Below the pieces are notes generated by a model. It saw only the letters and a list, made by a program, of their open reading frames with translations, was not told the DNA's origin and did not search any database. Shown piece by piece: positions 25,072 to 39,895 of a DNA stretch of 64,000 nt. The DNA comes from Octopus vulgaris (lineage: Eukaryota), in assembly GCA_951406725.2 (NCBI GenBank), contig OX597814.1, positions 153,512,001-153,576,000 on the forward strand, read 5' to 3'. The position numbers were made by a program, and so were the translations under genes. Position 1 is the first letter of the stretch. The number at the start of each line of letters is the position of its first letter.

Positions 25072-28019
25072 ACAGGTTTCTTTTAGTTTCTCTGAGCCAA
25101 ATCCATTCATAAGGCTTTGGTCAGCCTAGGGCTCTAGTAGAAGTTAAATTCTGGTTGCATATCCTCAGGAAAACATTCCCAATATAAATAAGGGATGGCC
25201 ACATCAGATATAATGTTTAAAAAATAGCATTCAATCTATAACAACAACATGGAAAACAGGAATACCAAATGGGTTATATAAGATGTACGAAGAAAACTAA
25301 ATGATTATGTAAGCTCTTATAGGATAATGAAATGGTGTGTGTGTGTGTGAGTATATATATATATATGTACATATGTGTGTATATATATATGTGTGTGTAT
25401 ATGTGTGTGTATATATATATATATATGCATACATATATATCTATACATGTATATATATTCTTTTATTCATTAATTCTTTTACTTGTTTCAGTCATTTGAC
25501 TGCGGCCATGCTGGAGCACCAACTTTAGCTGAACAAATCAACCCCAGGACTTATTCTTTGTAAGCCTAGTACTTATTCTATCAGTTTCTTTTTGCCAAAC
25601 TGCTAAGTGATAGGGATGCAAACACATCAACATCGGTTGTCAAGCGATGGTAAGGGCTTCTTTCAGTTTCCATCTACCAAATCCACTCACAAAGTCTTTG
25701 GTTAGCCTGAGGCTATAGTAGAAGATACTTGTCCAAGGAGCTATGGAGTGCAACTGAACGTGGAACCATGTGGTTGGGGAGCAAGCTCCTTACCACATAG
25801 CCACTCATGCACCTATATATATACATATATACACATATATATACATATGTATATATGTATATATATATATACATGTATATATACAGATATATATATATCT
25901 ATATACATATGTATATATATGTATATATCATCATCATCATCATCATCATCATTTAACGTCCGCTTTCCATGCTAGCATGGGCTGGACGGTTCAACTGGGG
26001 TCTGGGGAGCCCGAAGGCTGCACCAGGCCAGTCAGATCTGGCAGTGTTTCTACAGCTGGATGCCCTTCCTAACGCCAACCACTCCGAGAGTGTAGTGGGT
26101 GATTTTATGTGCCACCGACACAGGTGCCAGACGAGGCTGGCGAACGGCCACGCTCGGATGGTGTTTTTATGTGCCACCGACACAGGTGCCAGATGAGGCT
26201 GGCGAACGGCCACGATCGGATGGTGTTTGTTACGTGCCCACAGCACGGAGGCCAGTCGATGCGGCTACGGCCACGTTCGGATGGTTTTCTTGTGTGCCAC
26301 CGGCACTGGTACCACAAAGATACAAATTCCATTGATGTTCATATATACATAATATATATTTATACATATATACATATATAATATATATATTATATATAAA
26401 TTCTATATATATATGTATATATATATATATAAATAGCACCCATTACACTCTTGTGGTTGGTGTTAGGAAGGGCATCCAGCTGTAGAAACCATGCCAAATC
26501 AGTTCCAATCAAATCATCTAACCTGTGCCAGCATGGAAAGTGTAAGTTAAACAATGATGATGATAGTGGTAATGATGATGATGATGATATATATACATTA
26601 CAAGTAAGTGGACAAATGAAGGAAAGAGGCACTCAACATATCTTATAGGAGTTACACATATTATTATTTAAAATGGTTTGACTTTTTGGCACCATGTGAC
26701 TTTAAGTCAAAACTGTAAGTTGCATGGAACCAAATCAAACTGTTTTAAATAATAATAAAATATAACTGGAAGATCAACTAATCTATGTAAAAATATAAAT
26801 GAAAGATCAACTGATCTATGTAAAATAAAACAAGGAAACAAAGTGGTCTATGCAAGATACAACTGGAAGGCCAAATGGTCACTATCATCAGTGTAGTGAT
26901 GAAAATACCATGAATGATTACACCTCAAAACAGCCCATCAACCAAAATCTAAATAAATGCAGCATTCTTTGAAAATGTGTGTGATGCATTGGAACTATCT
27001 GATAACTCCATTCAATTCAAATAGATACGACTGGGGTCAGTAAACAACAACAATAGGTTTATACTTTAATCATTCATCACTATGCTTAAAGTGTGCATAG
27101 TTTACATTTATTTATGGCTTTATTTTCAAATTCATTGTAACTATGTGTTGGGGTTTACTAAAGAGTATTATTTTCTCGAATGATATATTTTCTCTTTATA
27201 TCTGGCAAGAGGTATCTCAGTGGTATGATAAGGCAGCAGACATAAGAATAGAATAATAAATCTTATAGCAGAGCATTAAAAGTGTTGAATTCTTAAATAT
27301 ATCTTCATGAGCCAGAACCAAAGAGCTATAAAAATAATCTTTGAATCATGTTTTCACTTGATGTCAGTGTCAGGTAGAATAAAAGATTGTATTTCTTTCA
27401 CATAATAAAAGATTTTTATCATCTATGGATTTAAACCCAGAAATTCAATAAATATAGTTTGATAGGTTAATTTTATGTGTTTATTCTTAACAATTTTAGC
27501 TTAATTGCAACATAGACACACCATGCTATTCCTTTACATCTTTTGTTCTCACTGGGACAATGTTGCCATTAGTTATGCTACCTCAGTGTTTGGCTTTAGG
27601 TAGCTTATTTCACAAAGTCTTGAACACCTAGTGTAAAAGCTGTAAGGAAAATAGCTTCATCCAAAGTGACAACTTTTACAGGAGGGAAAGATATAATATG
27701 ATATTGCATGGCGAGATAAATATCTGCTGAAGAAGCTATCTCCCACTAAGTCTTCTATTTCTATTAATATAGAAATAGAGTTAGTGGGAGATGTGGAGTC
27801 TAGATTATTACATATTTGTGATTATTTGGCAGGATATAAAGCTGTCTGTATATCAAAGCAAAAGTGAAAAGTAAGGCAACTAATTTCTAAGAATCAAAAT
27901 GATATTTTTTTTATTGCATCATAGTTTATGAGATACATCCATACATACACACACACACATACATATATACACATACACACATGTATGTATGTATGTATGT
28001 ATGTATGTATGTATGTATG

Positions 28020-28063
<44 letters not shown>

Positions 28064-28977
28064 TACAAACACATACACACCACACTTTATCTTCATGGTT
28101 TGTCTGCACTGTTGTTCCTTGCTCCCTAAATGACGTACGAAAATGTTTAAGATTTAACACAAATAAAATTAGAAATAATTTTGCATTTTTTCATAGTTTA
28201 TATTCATTATTTGAAGCTATTATTAAATAGATTATTCAATGCACTTAAGCTGTCAAAGGTTTTGAAAATTTCCACCACTTTCATTTACCAGCCTTGTCAT
28301 TAATTTGACAAATTTGTTTGGAAAATATTAAATAGTTTGTCAAAGTTTTACAGCAATTAAACACACCAAGTTAAACTCAATTTCATGTTAATAAAATTTT
28401 AAAATAATCGTGATTGTTATAGTTTTCAAAAATTGGCTTCAGTTTTGAAATTATTAAAACAATGAAATTTAAACATGTCTATGAAATATGTATGGGTTAA
28501 AGTGAAGTTTATTGTCAAATGATTTATAAAAGTTGCATGCCACAAAAAATTCTTTTTTTTTTGTTTTCATTCATAATCTGATTGTATTATATGTTGCTAC
28601 AGTTGGTGTTGTTATATAGCTCCAGATAAGCTCTGACTGAGCAGACCCACAATCAAAGGCATCCTAGTCATGACTATCCAATCATTTTAGACATAATTTA
28701 TTTTGGAATATCTTATTAAATTTAGTGCAGCCACCATGTAAAAATCAACATATTGATGCCATGTAAAAAAGGAACCTGTGCCCATTCCACATGAGAAGCA
28801 CCTGTGCTGGTGCCATATAAAAAGCACCCAGCACACTTTGTAAAGTGGTTGGCATTAGGATGGGCATCCAGCTGTAGAAACCAAGCCAAACCAGACTGGA
28901 ACCTTGTGCACTTCTCCAACTTGCCAACTCTGGCCAAACTGTTCAACCCATGCCAGCCGGGAAAACAGATGTTAAAT

Positions 28978-29210
<233 letters not shown>

Positions 29211-31836
29211 GTTCTTTTAAAAATAAAAATGATATGGTGTAAGATTTGGCTGCTGTTTCTAGTAGTTATGTAGGTGTTTCTTGATTGGCTCTTGTATTAT
29301 ATATGTATTGTATATTGTTGTTGGTTAGCCATAATACTAGCTTGAGTGAGTAGTCCTATAATCAGCAGTGATATGTTTTCTTTTTTTTTATTTTGTATTC
29401 TTCTTTATTTAAGACAATACAGTGAGTGATTTGAGGGAGATTTGGCTGCTCTTTCTAGTAGGGTGAATAATCATGTAAAAGTGCCCTCATTAACTAGTAT
29501 AGCATAGGTATTTCTTCATGATAGCTGCTTACTTTTACATTACAGAAACTGTGTGTGTCAGATCTGCAATTTACAAGCAACAATTATTTGACATTAGTTG
29601 GTTGTTTAGACACTTGGCAGTTATTTTTGTGAACATTGGCTAGTATAGTTCATTAATAACGTATTGGATCAGTCTTACAGTTTGTGTTAAAACTCATAAA
29701 AGACCTAAAAATCCAACAGTCAAGATTTGCATCTCCTGACTAACAACAAGAACTAGTGATTGCTAATAACTATAGCAACTAATGAATGCAAATGAAAAAA
29801 GAAAATAAAATATATAAAATTTGTTTTGATCTTGAATTGATTTTTACACTACTTGCGGTTGTTATGAAGATAAAAAAAAAGTTATAAATTGAAACTCTTT
29901 AAATTGAAGTGGAATTTCAGAATAAAATAGAACTAAATGAAGTTAGCTTCCACTAAACTTTAGATGATTGCTCTAATATGTGTGTTTCTTTCAATTGTTA
30001 TTTGTATCTTAAGTTTAAAATACAGTATTAAAAGAAAGTAGCTGTAATATTAAACCTTCATACTCTCGGCTTTAAATGTTGTTGAATTATTAAAACTTCC
30101 TTTTGTATTGTCAAAGACTTTTGAGGTTGGTTGGTTTCCTACAGTAACTAGGAATTTATGTATTTAGAAGAGAAAAAACAAAATATTTTCAAACCAGTAA
30201 GGAGGAAGCCAAAATATTTCTCTTCATTATCATAGACACTTAAAGACAATGTAATTTATTTTGATGTCAGCACATTATAATGAAAAGGCATTAAGTTTTC
30301 TAATGATTTTTCAGGGCATTTTTAATTATGAAAGACTCCAAATAATTACTCATTCTGTGTATTTTTCAATTTAAGCTCCTTAAAAGAATATTTTTAAAAA
30401 ATCAAGTAGAAAAATTTTCTTTTGTTTTCCAATATTTCTTTTTAATTTGTCTTCTTATAAAATATGTATTAAAAAATTTTAATATATTTTTTTAGGAAAG
30501 ACTGGCTAGTATTAGCTCAGCTTTCTACAAGAATAAAGAATGAGGATTACTCATTGTTTTTCCAAAAATATTAACTAGGTTAGTTGTTTTCGTCTCAATT
30601 CAATCTCCAATGTACAACAGAGTGCTATTGAAATTATAAACTTTAGCACCTTAGCATTTAGGAAACCATTTTTAATGGATTATATCTTTTATATATGTAT
30701 GTGTATACATGTATATATCTGTCTCTTTATTACCCACAAGAGGCTAAACACAGAGGGGACAAACAAGGACAGACATAGGTATTAAGTCAATTACATCGAC
30801 TCCAGTGCATAACTAGTACTTAATTTATTGACCCCGAAAGGATGAAAGGCAAAGTCGACCTCGGCGGAATTTGAACTCAGAACGTAACAGCAGACGAAAT
30901 ACCGCTGTGCATTTCGCCTGGTATGCTAACCTTTCTGCCAGCTGGCCATGTATATATCATGTATTCTAACATGTATATATCTGCCATGTATATATCTGCC
31001 ATGTATATATCATCCTCATCATTTGACATCCATTTTTCCATCTGGCATGGGTTGGATGGTTTGACAGGAGCTGACCACTTGTCAGTTTTGGCATGGTTTC
31101 TACAGCTGGATGCCCTTCCTTTACAGAGTATACTGGGTGCTTTTACACAGCACTGGCATGAGTGCTTTTTAAGTGGCACCAGCACCTATGAGCCTGGAAT
31201 ATTAGGGATGCACAGCTGAAAAGGTAGGGGATGAACTTGTATGCAAGGACAACCATGCTTTTACTTAACTTGACATATCTCATCAAGCACAGCAAACCAC
31301 CATTGCTTGCATGGGTCAGACAGAATTTTGTTGAAGAATATTTTCTCTGCCCAGATGCTTTTCCTGTTACCAACCTTCACCTGTTTCCAAGCAAGATTTG
31401 TATTTTCCCATATCTAGACATGTTTTTCACAGAAGACTGGAAAGGAGCTATCTCACTTGATGCACATTTACAATTATCATGTGCTGGTAATGTGCTGACA
31501 AAGATACACATACACAGACACAACACAACATACACACTCACACACATGTGCAGGTACAAACACACAGAGACACACACTCACACATGCAGGCACACACACA
31601 CAAATACACAGGCACATGCACACACACACACATGCATGCATACACATACATATAGACACACACATTATGGGCTTCTTTCAGTTTCTGCCTACTAAATTCA
31701 CACACAAGGCATTAGTCAACCTGGACCTATAGTTAAAGACACCTGCTTAAGATGCTGCACAGAAAGACAGAACCCAAGACCACATGATTTGGAAGCAAGT
31801 TTCTAAACCAAACAGTCAAGTTAACATATACTCTGT

Positions 31837-31900
<64 letters not shown>

Positions 31901-34255
31901 GTGCGTTAGGAGGAAATGCATCAAATGGCTAATGTTAGGAAAAAATGTGAAAAAAAGAAACATTTTCAAAATTATTTTAGATGTTTAAAAACTAATTTGA
32001 ACATGAATTTAAAAACAAGTTTTAAATGTTGAAACCAAATTTAATGGAATCAAAATCAAGCCAATAACAAAAGACATTACAGACATTCCATCATTTTGTA
32101 TTTCAAGGTCTATACTGCTCGATGTATCCTTTATGTTACAAGGTAGGATGTGATATGCGAGAGACTTAGTTGCTATTTCTTGTAGGTTGAAGAACCGTAT
32201 GATGGTCTCCTCCATTGTTAGCTGTTAGAATATTAAGGCATTATGAATAATGTCTGCACTACATCCTTGACATCTGGTGGCTGGACAAAAGTACTAGCCA
32301 GGTACTGGGGTTGATGTAGTTAACTTGCCTTCATCTACCTCCTCAAAACTGTTGGCTTGGCGCCATACTTAGAAAAAATTATTCCTGATATTTCTCTAAG
32401 TGGGGTAATGATTGTTTTATAGACATTGTAAACACAATGATTTGAATTCTAGAAGAGAATATATAATAAGTTTGACGATAATTCTTTTACATCTTTTATG
32501 AACCTAGAAAAAATTTGTACACACTCCTTGAAATAATTCCCTATTTTTTCCTTATATCTTGTGTAGAATAATTCCTTTGAGTATAAAAATATTATTTGAC
32601 ATGTTATTTTCAGAAATAATATGAAACAGAAATCCCCTTGGTTCTTCTTTTCCCTATTTTCACAGTCTTACATAATATATATGTATATATGAAAGATCAA
32701 CGTCTTTTCACACTCCACTTTTTATCCTCACTCAGAACAAGAACTGAGCTGAAAGAACAAACATTTTTCTATTAATGTTTACCATCAGAGGATAGTTTGC
32801 CCAAAATGATAACAGAAAAATTGTATTTTTTTCTTTCTTTTTCTAATTTGCATGATGTGAAATTACAATTGAAAGAAAAGTATATATATATATTCCCATA
32901 AAATATGCTTCAGAATATAATTTTGTCAGCAAGGCCCTTGGGAACAAATTTGGGGATGAAAATAGGGTAGGAAAAAAATATTTCACATGTGTTGTGCAAA
33001 GTATAATTAAAACTTCTATATAAGATATGGTGTCTTACATTGTGTTCTAAAAACTTGTTCAACAGACACGTAACATTTGTATTTTCAAATCCTTATTTTT
33101 TTAAGCTTAATATTTATTACTTGAAGAGGTTTATCAAAACTTGTTAAAAAGAAATAAAATTCCGTTGTGCTTTTAACAATTATATTTCTTGTGACAAGAA
33201 AATAACAGAAATATATGTTTAGAGATATACTCTTTTTCACTTTTAGTTGTTTCTTTTATTGGATTGTAGTGATGTTGGGCACCATCTTTAAGGGTTTTGT
33301 CTAATATAGACCTCAGTACTTATTTCAGCCTGATACTTAATTCATCGGTCCCTATTTTTGAACTATTAAGGTGGTGATCTGGCAGAAATGTTAGCATACC
33401 AAGCAAAATACTTAGCAGTATTTCATCCATCCATACATTGAGTTTAAATTTCCCTGAGGTCAACTTTGCTTTTTATCCTTTTGGGGTTGATAAAATAAGT
33501 ACTAGTTGTGCACTAGGGTTGAGGTAATCAACTTAACTACCCCTGGGTATGAGTATAAAAACTGCATCTCCCTGTCAAGCCATGTCAAGCCATGTCAAGC
33601 CAGTGTGGCCGGGTAGGCTCATCAAACTAGCATGATCTCAAGCTCAAATTCCCAGATTCCACATCTGATCATGCCTTGTGGAGAAAACATGCTGAGGCCT
33701 TCACCCTGCAGTGGGCTGAACACAGGCAATCCAATCCAATTTATGGGACAGAGTAGGATTCATAATAAATAACAGGCTTTTAGATCATTGTAAAAATAAG
33801 CACAAAAATGCAGACACTAGCTACATACGCCCACCCACTCACAGACACACATCATTCTTATTTTTTTATGAACCATTTTCATGTTTATATGGGTTGAGCA
33901 AGACTTTATCAAGCCATTATCTATGGCTGGATTCCTTGCCTGTCACAAACCATTATCTGTTTTCCAAGTAAGGATTTTTCTTCTACTAGCTACCACCATT
34001 TTAAAAATATTGAATTATATAATATATTGTTTATGAAAGATCATTGTGATCACATGATATTACCATCATTCAAATTATGTCATATGAATGAAACATGCTG
34101 AAAAACATATTTATGTACATGCACAATCACTCAAATCAGTAATGGAACAGTCATGTATATTTATACAACAGGCTTTCACTCAGTTTCTATTTAGTAAATT
34201 CTACTCAGAAGATATTGATTAACTTAAGGCTACAGATGAAGGCACTTTCTCAAGG

Positions 34256-34568
34256 TTGTTGTTTGTTCTTTCAAAATGAGCCATGCCTTGCTCATAAGGG
34301 CCAGTTTCCCGGTTTCCTTGGAGTATAGGTTCCCCACCTGGACGGGACACCGGTCCGTTACAGGTGAACTGCAAGATGCAGGAGGAAAGAGTGAGAGAAA
34401 GTTGTGGCGAAAGAGTCAGCAGAAGTTTGCTATTACCTTCTGCTGGAACCGCGTGGAACTTAGGTGTTTCGCTCATAAACACACACATCGCCCAGTCTGA
34501 GATTTGAACCCATGATCCCTCAACTGCGAGTCCGCTGCTCTAACCACTAGGCCATATGCCTCCACCAC
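34256..34568 (-). mobile_element. tRNA-derived SINE, family D
   Basis: Minus strand tggcctagtggttagagc (A box)...gggttcaaatc (B box), tail (aac)n; nested in a family C copy. Confidence 0.8.
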
Positions 34569-36309
34569 TTTCTTAAGGTGCAACAAGATGGGATTGAATT
34601 CAGGTTCACATAGTTGTGAATCAAACTTCTTAATCACACAGCCACATCTCATCAGAGTTCACCATTTTTGATAATCTTTATTTTAATGAATAAACAAAAA
34701 ATGATAGCTCTCCACTTATTCCTTATATAGAAAAGAGTGTAAATAAAATAATTATAAATTGACTGCTAAACCACTGAAAGCAAGGAAGTTTGTTACTCAA
34801 AGCATATTTTACTCCATTTTTAAAAATTCTATATTGTCTACATGTTGACGTTTTTCCAGTTGCACTGTTTCTAGGTCAGTATCATTCGACGTGCTCCTTT
34901 TTTAACGTACTAAGATGTGATTAAAGAGAAATTTGACTGCTATTATAACTTGTAGGTTACTGTGCAGAGGCTCACTTACTGAGTTATGTCTTCTATAGTG
35001 AATCCAGAAAAAGAACAGTCATTTTCATAATGCACATTCTTAAGAGAATCCTACCCTAAATTCTATTGAAAGATTTACATTCTATCCTAAATTCTATTGC
35101 AAGAGTTTTAATTATTTACAAACTAATTTGTGCCAACTGAATTATATTCTTTAAGGAGTGTTTAAATTCTTGATTGGAAAAGGGAGAATAAAGCAACTGA
35201 TGTTTAATATTCAATGCTTATTTCTACTGGTAAGTATTTCACTTCACTTTCATTGCAGTTGAGAAAGGCATAAGCACTATACAATCTCAGTTTTTTTTCT
35301 TTCGTAAATCTGATGCCTTTTATCCAATGTAAGGAATGTGTGTGACATAATGCAACAACAGACTCCATATGGGGTCAATTCAGCTACAAGAAATAGCAGT
35401 CAAATATCCTTCTAATCATATCCTATAGTCTTAACAAAGAAACGACACATTAGATAATCCTGTCTACTAAAGGCACATGAATTGAAATTTTTTTTTTTGG
35501 GGAGGGGTCTAGTTGATTACATTTTCCCCAGTACATAAATGCAAGTTAATTTATGAACCCCAAAATGATGAAAGGCAAAGTCAACCTCAGCGAAATTTGA
35601 ACTCATAACATTAAGACAGAAGAAATACCACTAAGCATTTTGTCCAGTGTACTAATGATTCTGCCAGCTCATAATCCCAGATATGCTGTAGCTGAACAAA
35701 CAATGGGAGAAAGAATTGTTATGGTTGGAACTTTGTTGTTGAATTTCGATTTTTGGTTTGCTAGACCAGGTTTGTTTTAGGGTTATATGACAACAGCATG
35801 AAAAACTGAAAGGATCTGTCTTATGAAAATCTAAACAATTACATTATTAAATGCCTGCTTTTTAAGATTACACCTGATGGAGCTTCTCTAATGTGAATGA
35901 TTCCTCTTGAATAATCTACTGAATATCTATTTTATATCATTTAGGTACTAATTATAGAATTTAAAAGCAGACATTTAACAAGTTCGGAAGAAACAACAAA
36001 GACTTTAATGTTTGTTGATTGAAAGGAGTATATAATAGACATCCAACTTTGTCTAAAAAAATATTTCTTAATGTTAGACATAGCACGTTAACATGTCCCC
36101 TAAATACAAAGTACAAAGCTATAACAGATTCATATATACTGAATATTTTTCTACTGTAGCTGTGTGGTAAGAAGCTTGCTTCCCATGCACATGGTTCTGA
36201 GTTCACTGCACATAACACATTGGGCAAGTGTCTTCTACTATAGCCTCAGGCTGACCAAAGCCTTGTGAGTGGACTTGGTAAACAGAAACTGAAAGAAGCC
36301 TGCTGTATA

Positions 36310-38345
36310 TATATAGCAAGATTGATTACATTCTTGCTAGGTGAGGGTATGCACAGTTGCTCTTAAATACAAAGACCTTCCCTGGTGAAGAATGTATCCC
36401 CCAGCATAGACTAGTCATTAGTGATTTTAGACTCTGGGCCAGAAGGATGCCAAGAAGCTGACCAATCTGGAAAAGAATGATTTGTAAGTTTAAGAACCCA
36501 CATGTGCTCATAGATTTAGGGACATCTTAATTGAGAAATTTGATGAAAAGGAGGAGGATCTACAAACTTGTGGCATATAGGGCAACTGGTAATTCCTGCA
36601 GGACAGCTTTCTGAGTGCCACAGACCAAATCTGTGGGTGGTGCAAAGTCCTAACCAGGCCTAGGGTAATGTAGTGGTGGAACAATGCGGTAGACAGGGCC
36701 ATTAAAGTAAAGAAACAGGCCTGGAAGGACTGGAAGAGTGAGGGTAGCAGAGAACTGTATTAGATAGCCAGGAAGGAAGCTAGGAGACAGGAATATCTAG
36801 TCAAGGGAGAAGCAGAAAAGAAGTTTGCCTATGTTCAGTGATGTGAGAATAAAAAAACTGAAGTGCTTCAGATTGCAAAATAGTGTGTAACAAATAATCA
36901 TGATGTCATAGGAGAAAAATGTGTCCACATGGATGATAGTGTACTTGCATTAAATGATTCTGCAAAGAAAGAGTCTTGGAAATGCCATTATGAAAGACTG
37001 CTGAATGTGGAGAATGAATGGGAAGAGGAAAGTCTGCCAAATGTTGACCCAATTGAGGGACCAGCTACATGAATTGACAGTATCTTGGTAGATAAAGCAA
37101 TTAAGGATATGAAGACAGGGAAAGTCCCCAGTCCATCAGGTATCGTTGCTGAGATGCTTAAAATATCTGGAGGTGTGGATTATGGTCTAGTCATCCATAT
37201 TGTAAATCAGGTGGCCCACAAAGGAATCATATCCAATGACCGGTGCAGCAGCACCATAGTCAACTGCTACAAAGATAAAAGTGGTGTCTTAGAAATAATT
37301 ACAGAGGTATCAAATTGTTGGATCAGGTGATGAAAGTTATGGAGAGAATCATAGCTCAAATAATTAGGGAGCTAGTTAGCCTAGATGAGATGAAGTTTGG
37401 TTTTGTGCCAGGAGAAGCACCACTGATGCCTTTGACGGGGACTCCGATCCCTTATCTGGTGGTTACTTTACTGCTACAGGTAAGGTGAGGGTTGGCAATG
37501 AGTACAGCGAAGAATTCAGGGTACAAGTAGGGGTTTACCAAGGATTGGTTCTCAGCCACCTCTTGTTCATCATAGTTCTCCAGGCAATAACAAAGGAATT
37601 TAAGACAGGCTGCCCCTGGGAGCTCCACTATGCTGATGACCTTGCTCTTATAGCTGAATCCCTACCAGAACTAGAGAAGATGTTCCAGGTATGGAAGTAA
37701 TGTCTAGAATCGAAGGGCCTTAGAGTTAACCTAGCAAAAACCAAAGTCTTAGTAAGTAGGAAGGCTGACAAATCACAAATCCCTTCAGGTAGATGACCCT
37801 GCTCAATCAAGTTAGTAGTGGAGGGGGTGCTCCAAGAGTGTAGCTGTGAGAATAAAATTAGGCTAGGCAAAGTTCAGAGAGCTCCTACCTCTGCTGGTAA
37901 CAAAGAGCCTCTCTTTCAGAGTGAAAGGCAGATTGTACAATGCTTGTGTGTAAACAGCTATGCTACATGGCAGTGAAACATGGGCTGTGACAGCTGAGGA
38001 CATGCGTAGGCTTGAAAGAAATGAAGTCAGTATGCTTTGCTGGATGTGCAATGTCAGTATACATGTTCGACAGAGTGTTAGCATCTTGAGAGAAAAGTTA
38101 AGCATAAGAGGTTTCAGATGTGGTGTGCAACAGAGACGACTGTGCTGGTATGGTCATGTGATGCATATGAACCAGGACAGCTGTGTATAGAAGTGCCTAT
38201 CTCTAACTGTGGAGGAAACCTGTGGTAGAGGTAGACCCAGGAAGACATGGGACAAGGTGGTGAAGCATGATCTTCGAACTTTGAGCCTCACAGAGGCAAT
38301 GACTAGTGACTGAGACCTTTGGTTATATGCTGTGCTTGAATAGAC
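36310..38345 (+). mobile_element. RTE-clade LINE, long decayed copy with RT domain
   Basis: AIKDMKTGKVPSPSGI..EML, FGFVPG, VGVYQG..LS.LLFIIVL, ELHYADDLAL, MLHGSETW, WYGHV; many stops and an internal deletion near 37430-37480. Confidence 0.92.
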
Positions 38346-38438
38346 CCATCAAGCCAAGTGAAATTGTTGTCATGGCTCCTGTTGGTGTCACAAAACTGAC
38401 ACCCATACCAGTGGCATGTGAAGAGCACTGTTGGAGCT

Positions 38439-38755
38439 TTGGGCCTCAGAGAGGCAAAATGGCTGAGTTCCTTTCAAGCATTGGGCCTCACGGAGGCAAT
38501 ATAGCTGAGTTCCTTTCGAGTGTTGGGCCTCATGGAGGCAAAGTGACCAAGTTGCTTTTGAGCATTGGGCTTCACAGAGGCAAAGTGACAGAGTTCCTTT
38601 CAAGTGTTGGGCCTCACGGAAGCAAAGGGGCTGAGTTCCTTTTGAGCATTGGGCCTCATGAAGGTAAAAGGGCAAAGTTCCTTTCATGGAGGCAAAGTGG
38701 TTGAGTTCCTTTTGAGTGTTGGGCCTCATAAAGGCAATGACCGAGACCTTTGGCA
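38439..38755 (+). repeat. 42-bp tandem repeat, about 7 units, derived from the RTE ORF end
   Basis: Units begin ttgggcctca at 38439, 38481, 38523, 38565, 38607, 38649 and 38719; compare ttgggcctcacagaggcaatgac at 1428. Confidence 0.9.
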
Positions 38756-39514
38756 TTATGTCGTGCTTGAGAAAAAGACCCATCAAAGCAAGCAAAATTG
38801 CAGTTGTGACAGATACCAGTGTCACGAAAAAACACTCATTACACTCTCAGAGTGATTGGCACTAAGAAGGGCATTCAGCTATAGAAAACTATGCCAAGAC
38901 AGACTGGAGTCTGGTGCAGCCTTCCAGCTTACCAGCACTGATCAAACCATCCAACCCATACCTGCATGGACAATGGATGTTAAATGATGATGATGTTGAT
39001 GATCAATATATATGTGCATATGTGTGTGTGTGTGCGTGTGTGTGTGCGTGCATGCGTATATCTATGTGTGTGTGTGTGTGTGCCTTTCTGTCTGTGCTTG
39101 TCTGCCCCATCACTGCTTGACAACTGGTGATGGTGTGTTTATATCCCCATAACTTAGCAGTTCAGAAAAAGAGACCAAAAGAATAAGTTTGAGTCTTAAG
39201 AAATAAGTCCTGGCATTGATTTGCTCGACTAGAACCCTTCAAAGCAGTGCTCCAGCATGGCCACAGTCAGATGACTGAGACAAGTAAAAGAATAAAAGAA
39301 CATATCTTTTTTTACATTGTTCTTTTAAGTTCTAGGACTCATAAGGCCTGATTACCCAATTTCTATGATGTACAAGTGACTGAGATGACAACATTCCCCC
39401 TGAATGAGACAACAGTCCCTTGCAGGGATACTCATTTATAGCAGGGTTGACTTGGAGAACATGAAATGAAGTGTATTGGTCAAGAATGCAATGCACTATT
39501 TCGGAATTGATAAC

Positions 39515-39895
39515 AGGCACAGGGGTGGCTGTGTGGTAAGAAGCTTGCTTCCCAACCACATGGTTCCAGGTTCAGTCCCACTTCGTGGTACTTTGGGCCA
39601 GTGTCTTCTACTACAGCCTTGGACCGACCAAAGCCTTGTGAGTAGATTTGGTAGACGGAAACTGAAAGAAGCCTGTCGTATATATGTGTGTGTGTGTTTG
39701 TCACCCCACCATCACTTGACAACTGATGCTGGTGTGTTTATGTCCCTGTAACTTAGTTGTTTCACAAAAGAGACCAATAGAATAAGAACTAGGCTTACAA
39801 AGAATAAGTCCTGGAGTTGATTTGTTTAACTAAAGGAGGTGCTCCAGCATGGCCACAGTCAAATGAGTGAAACAAATAAAAGAATAAAAGAATGG
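39515..39895 (+). mobile_element. SINE family C, full length
   Basis: ggctgtgtggtaagaagcttgcttcccaacc...gaataaaagaa; further copies near 9265, 22785, 25475, 45645, 59710, 61890. Confidence 0.85.
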
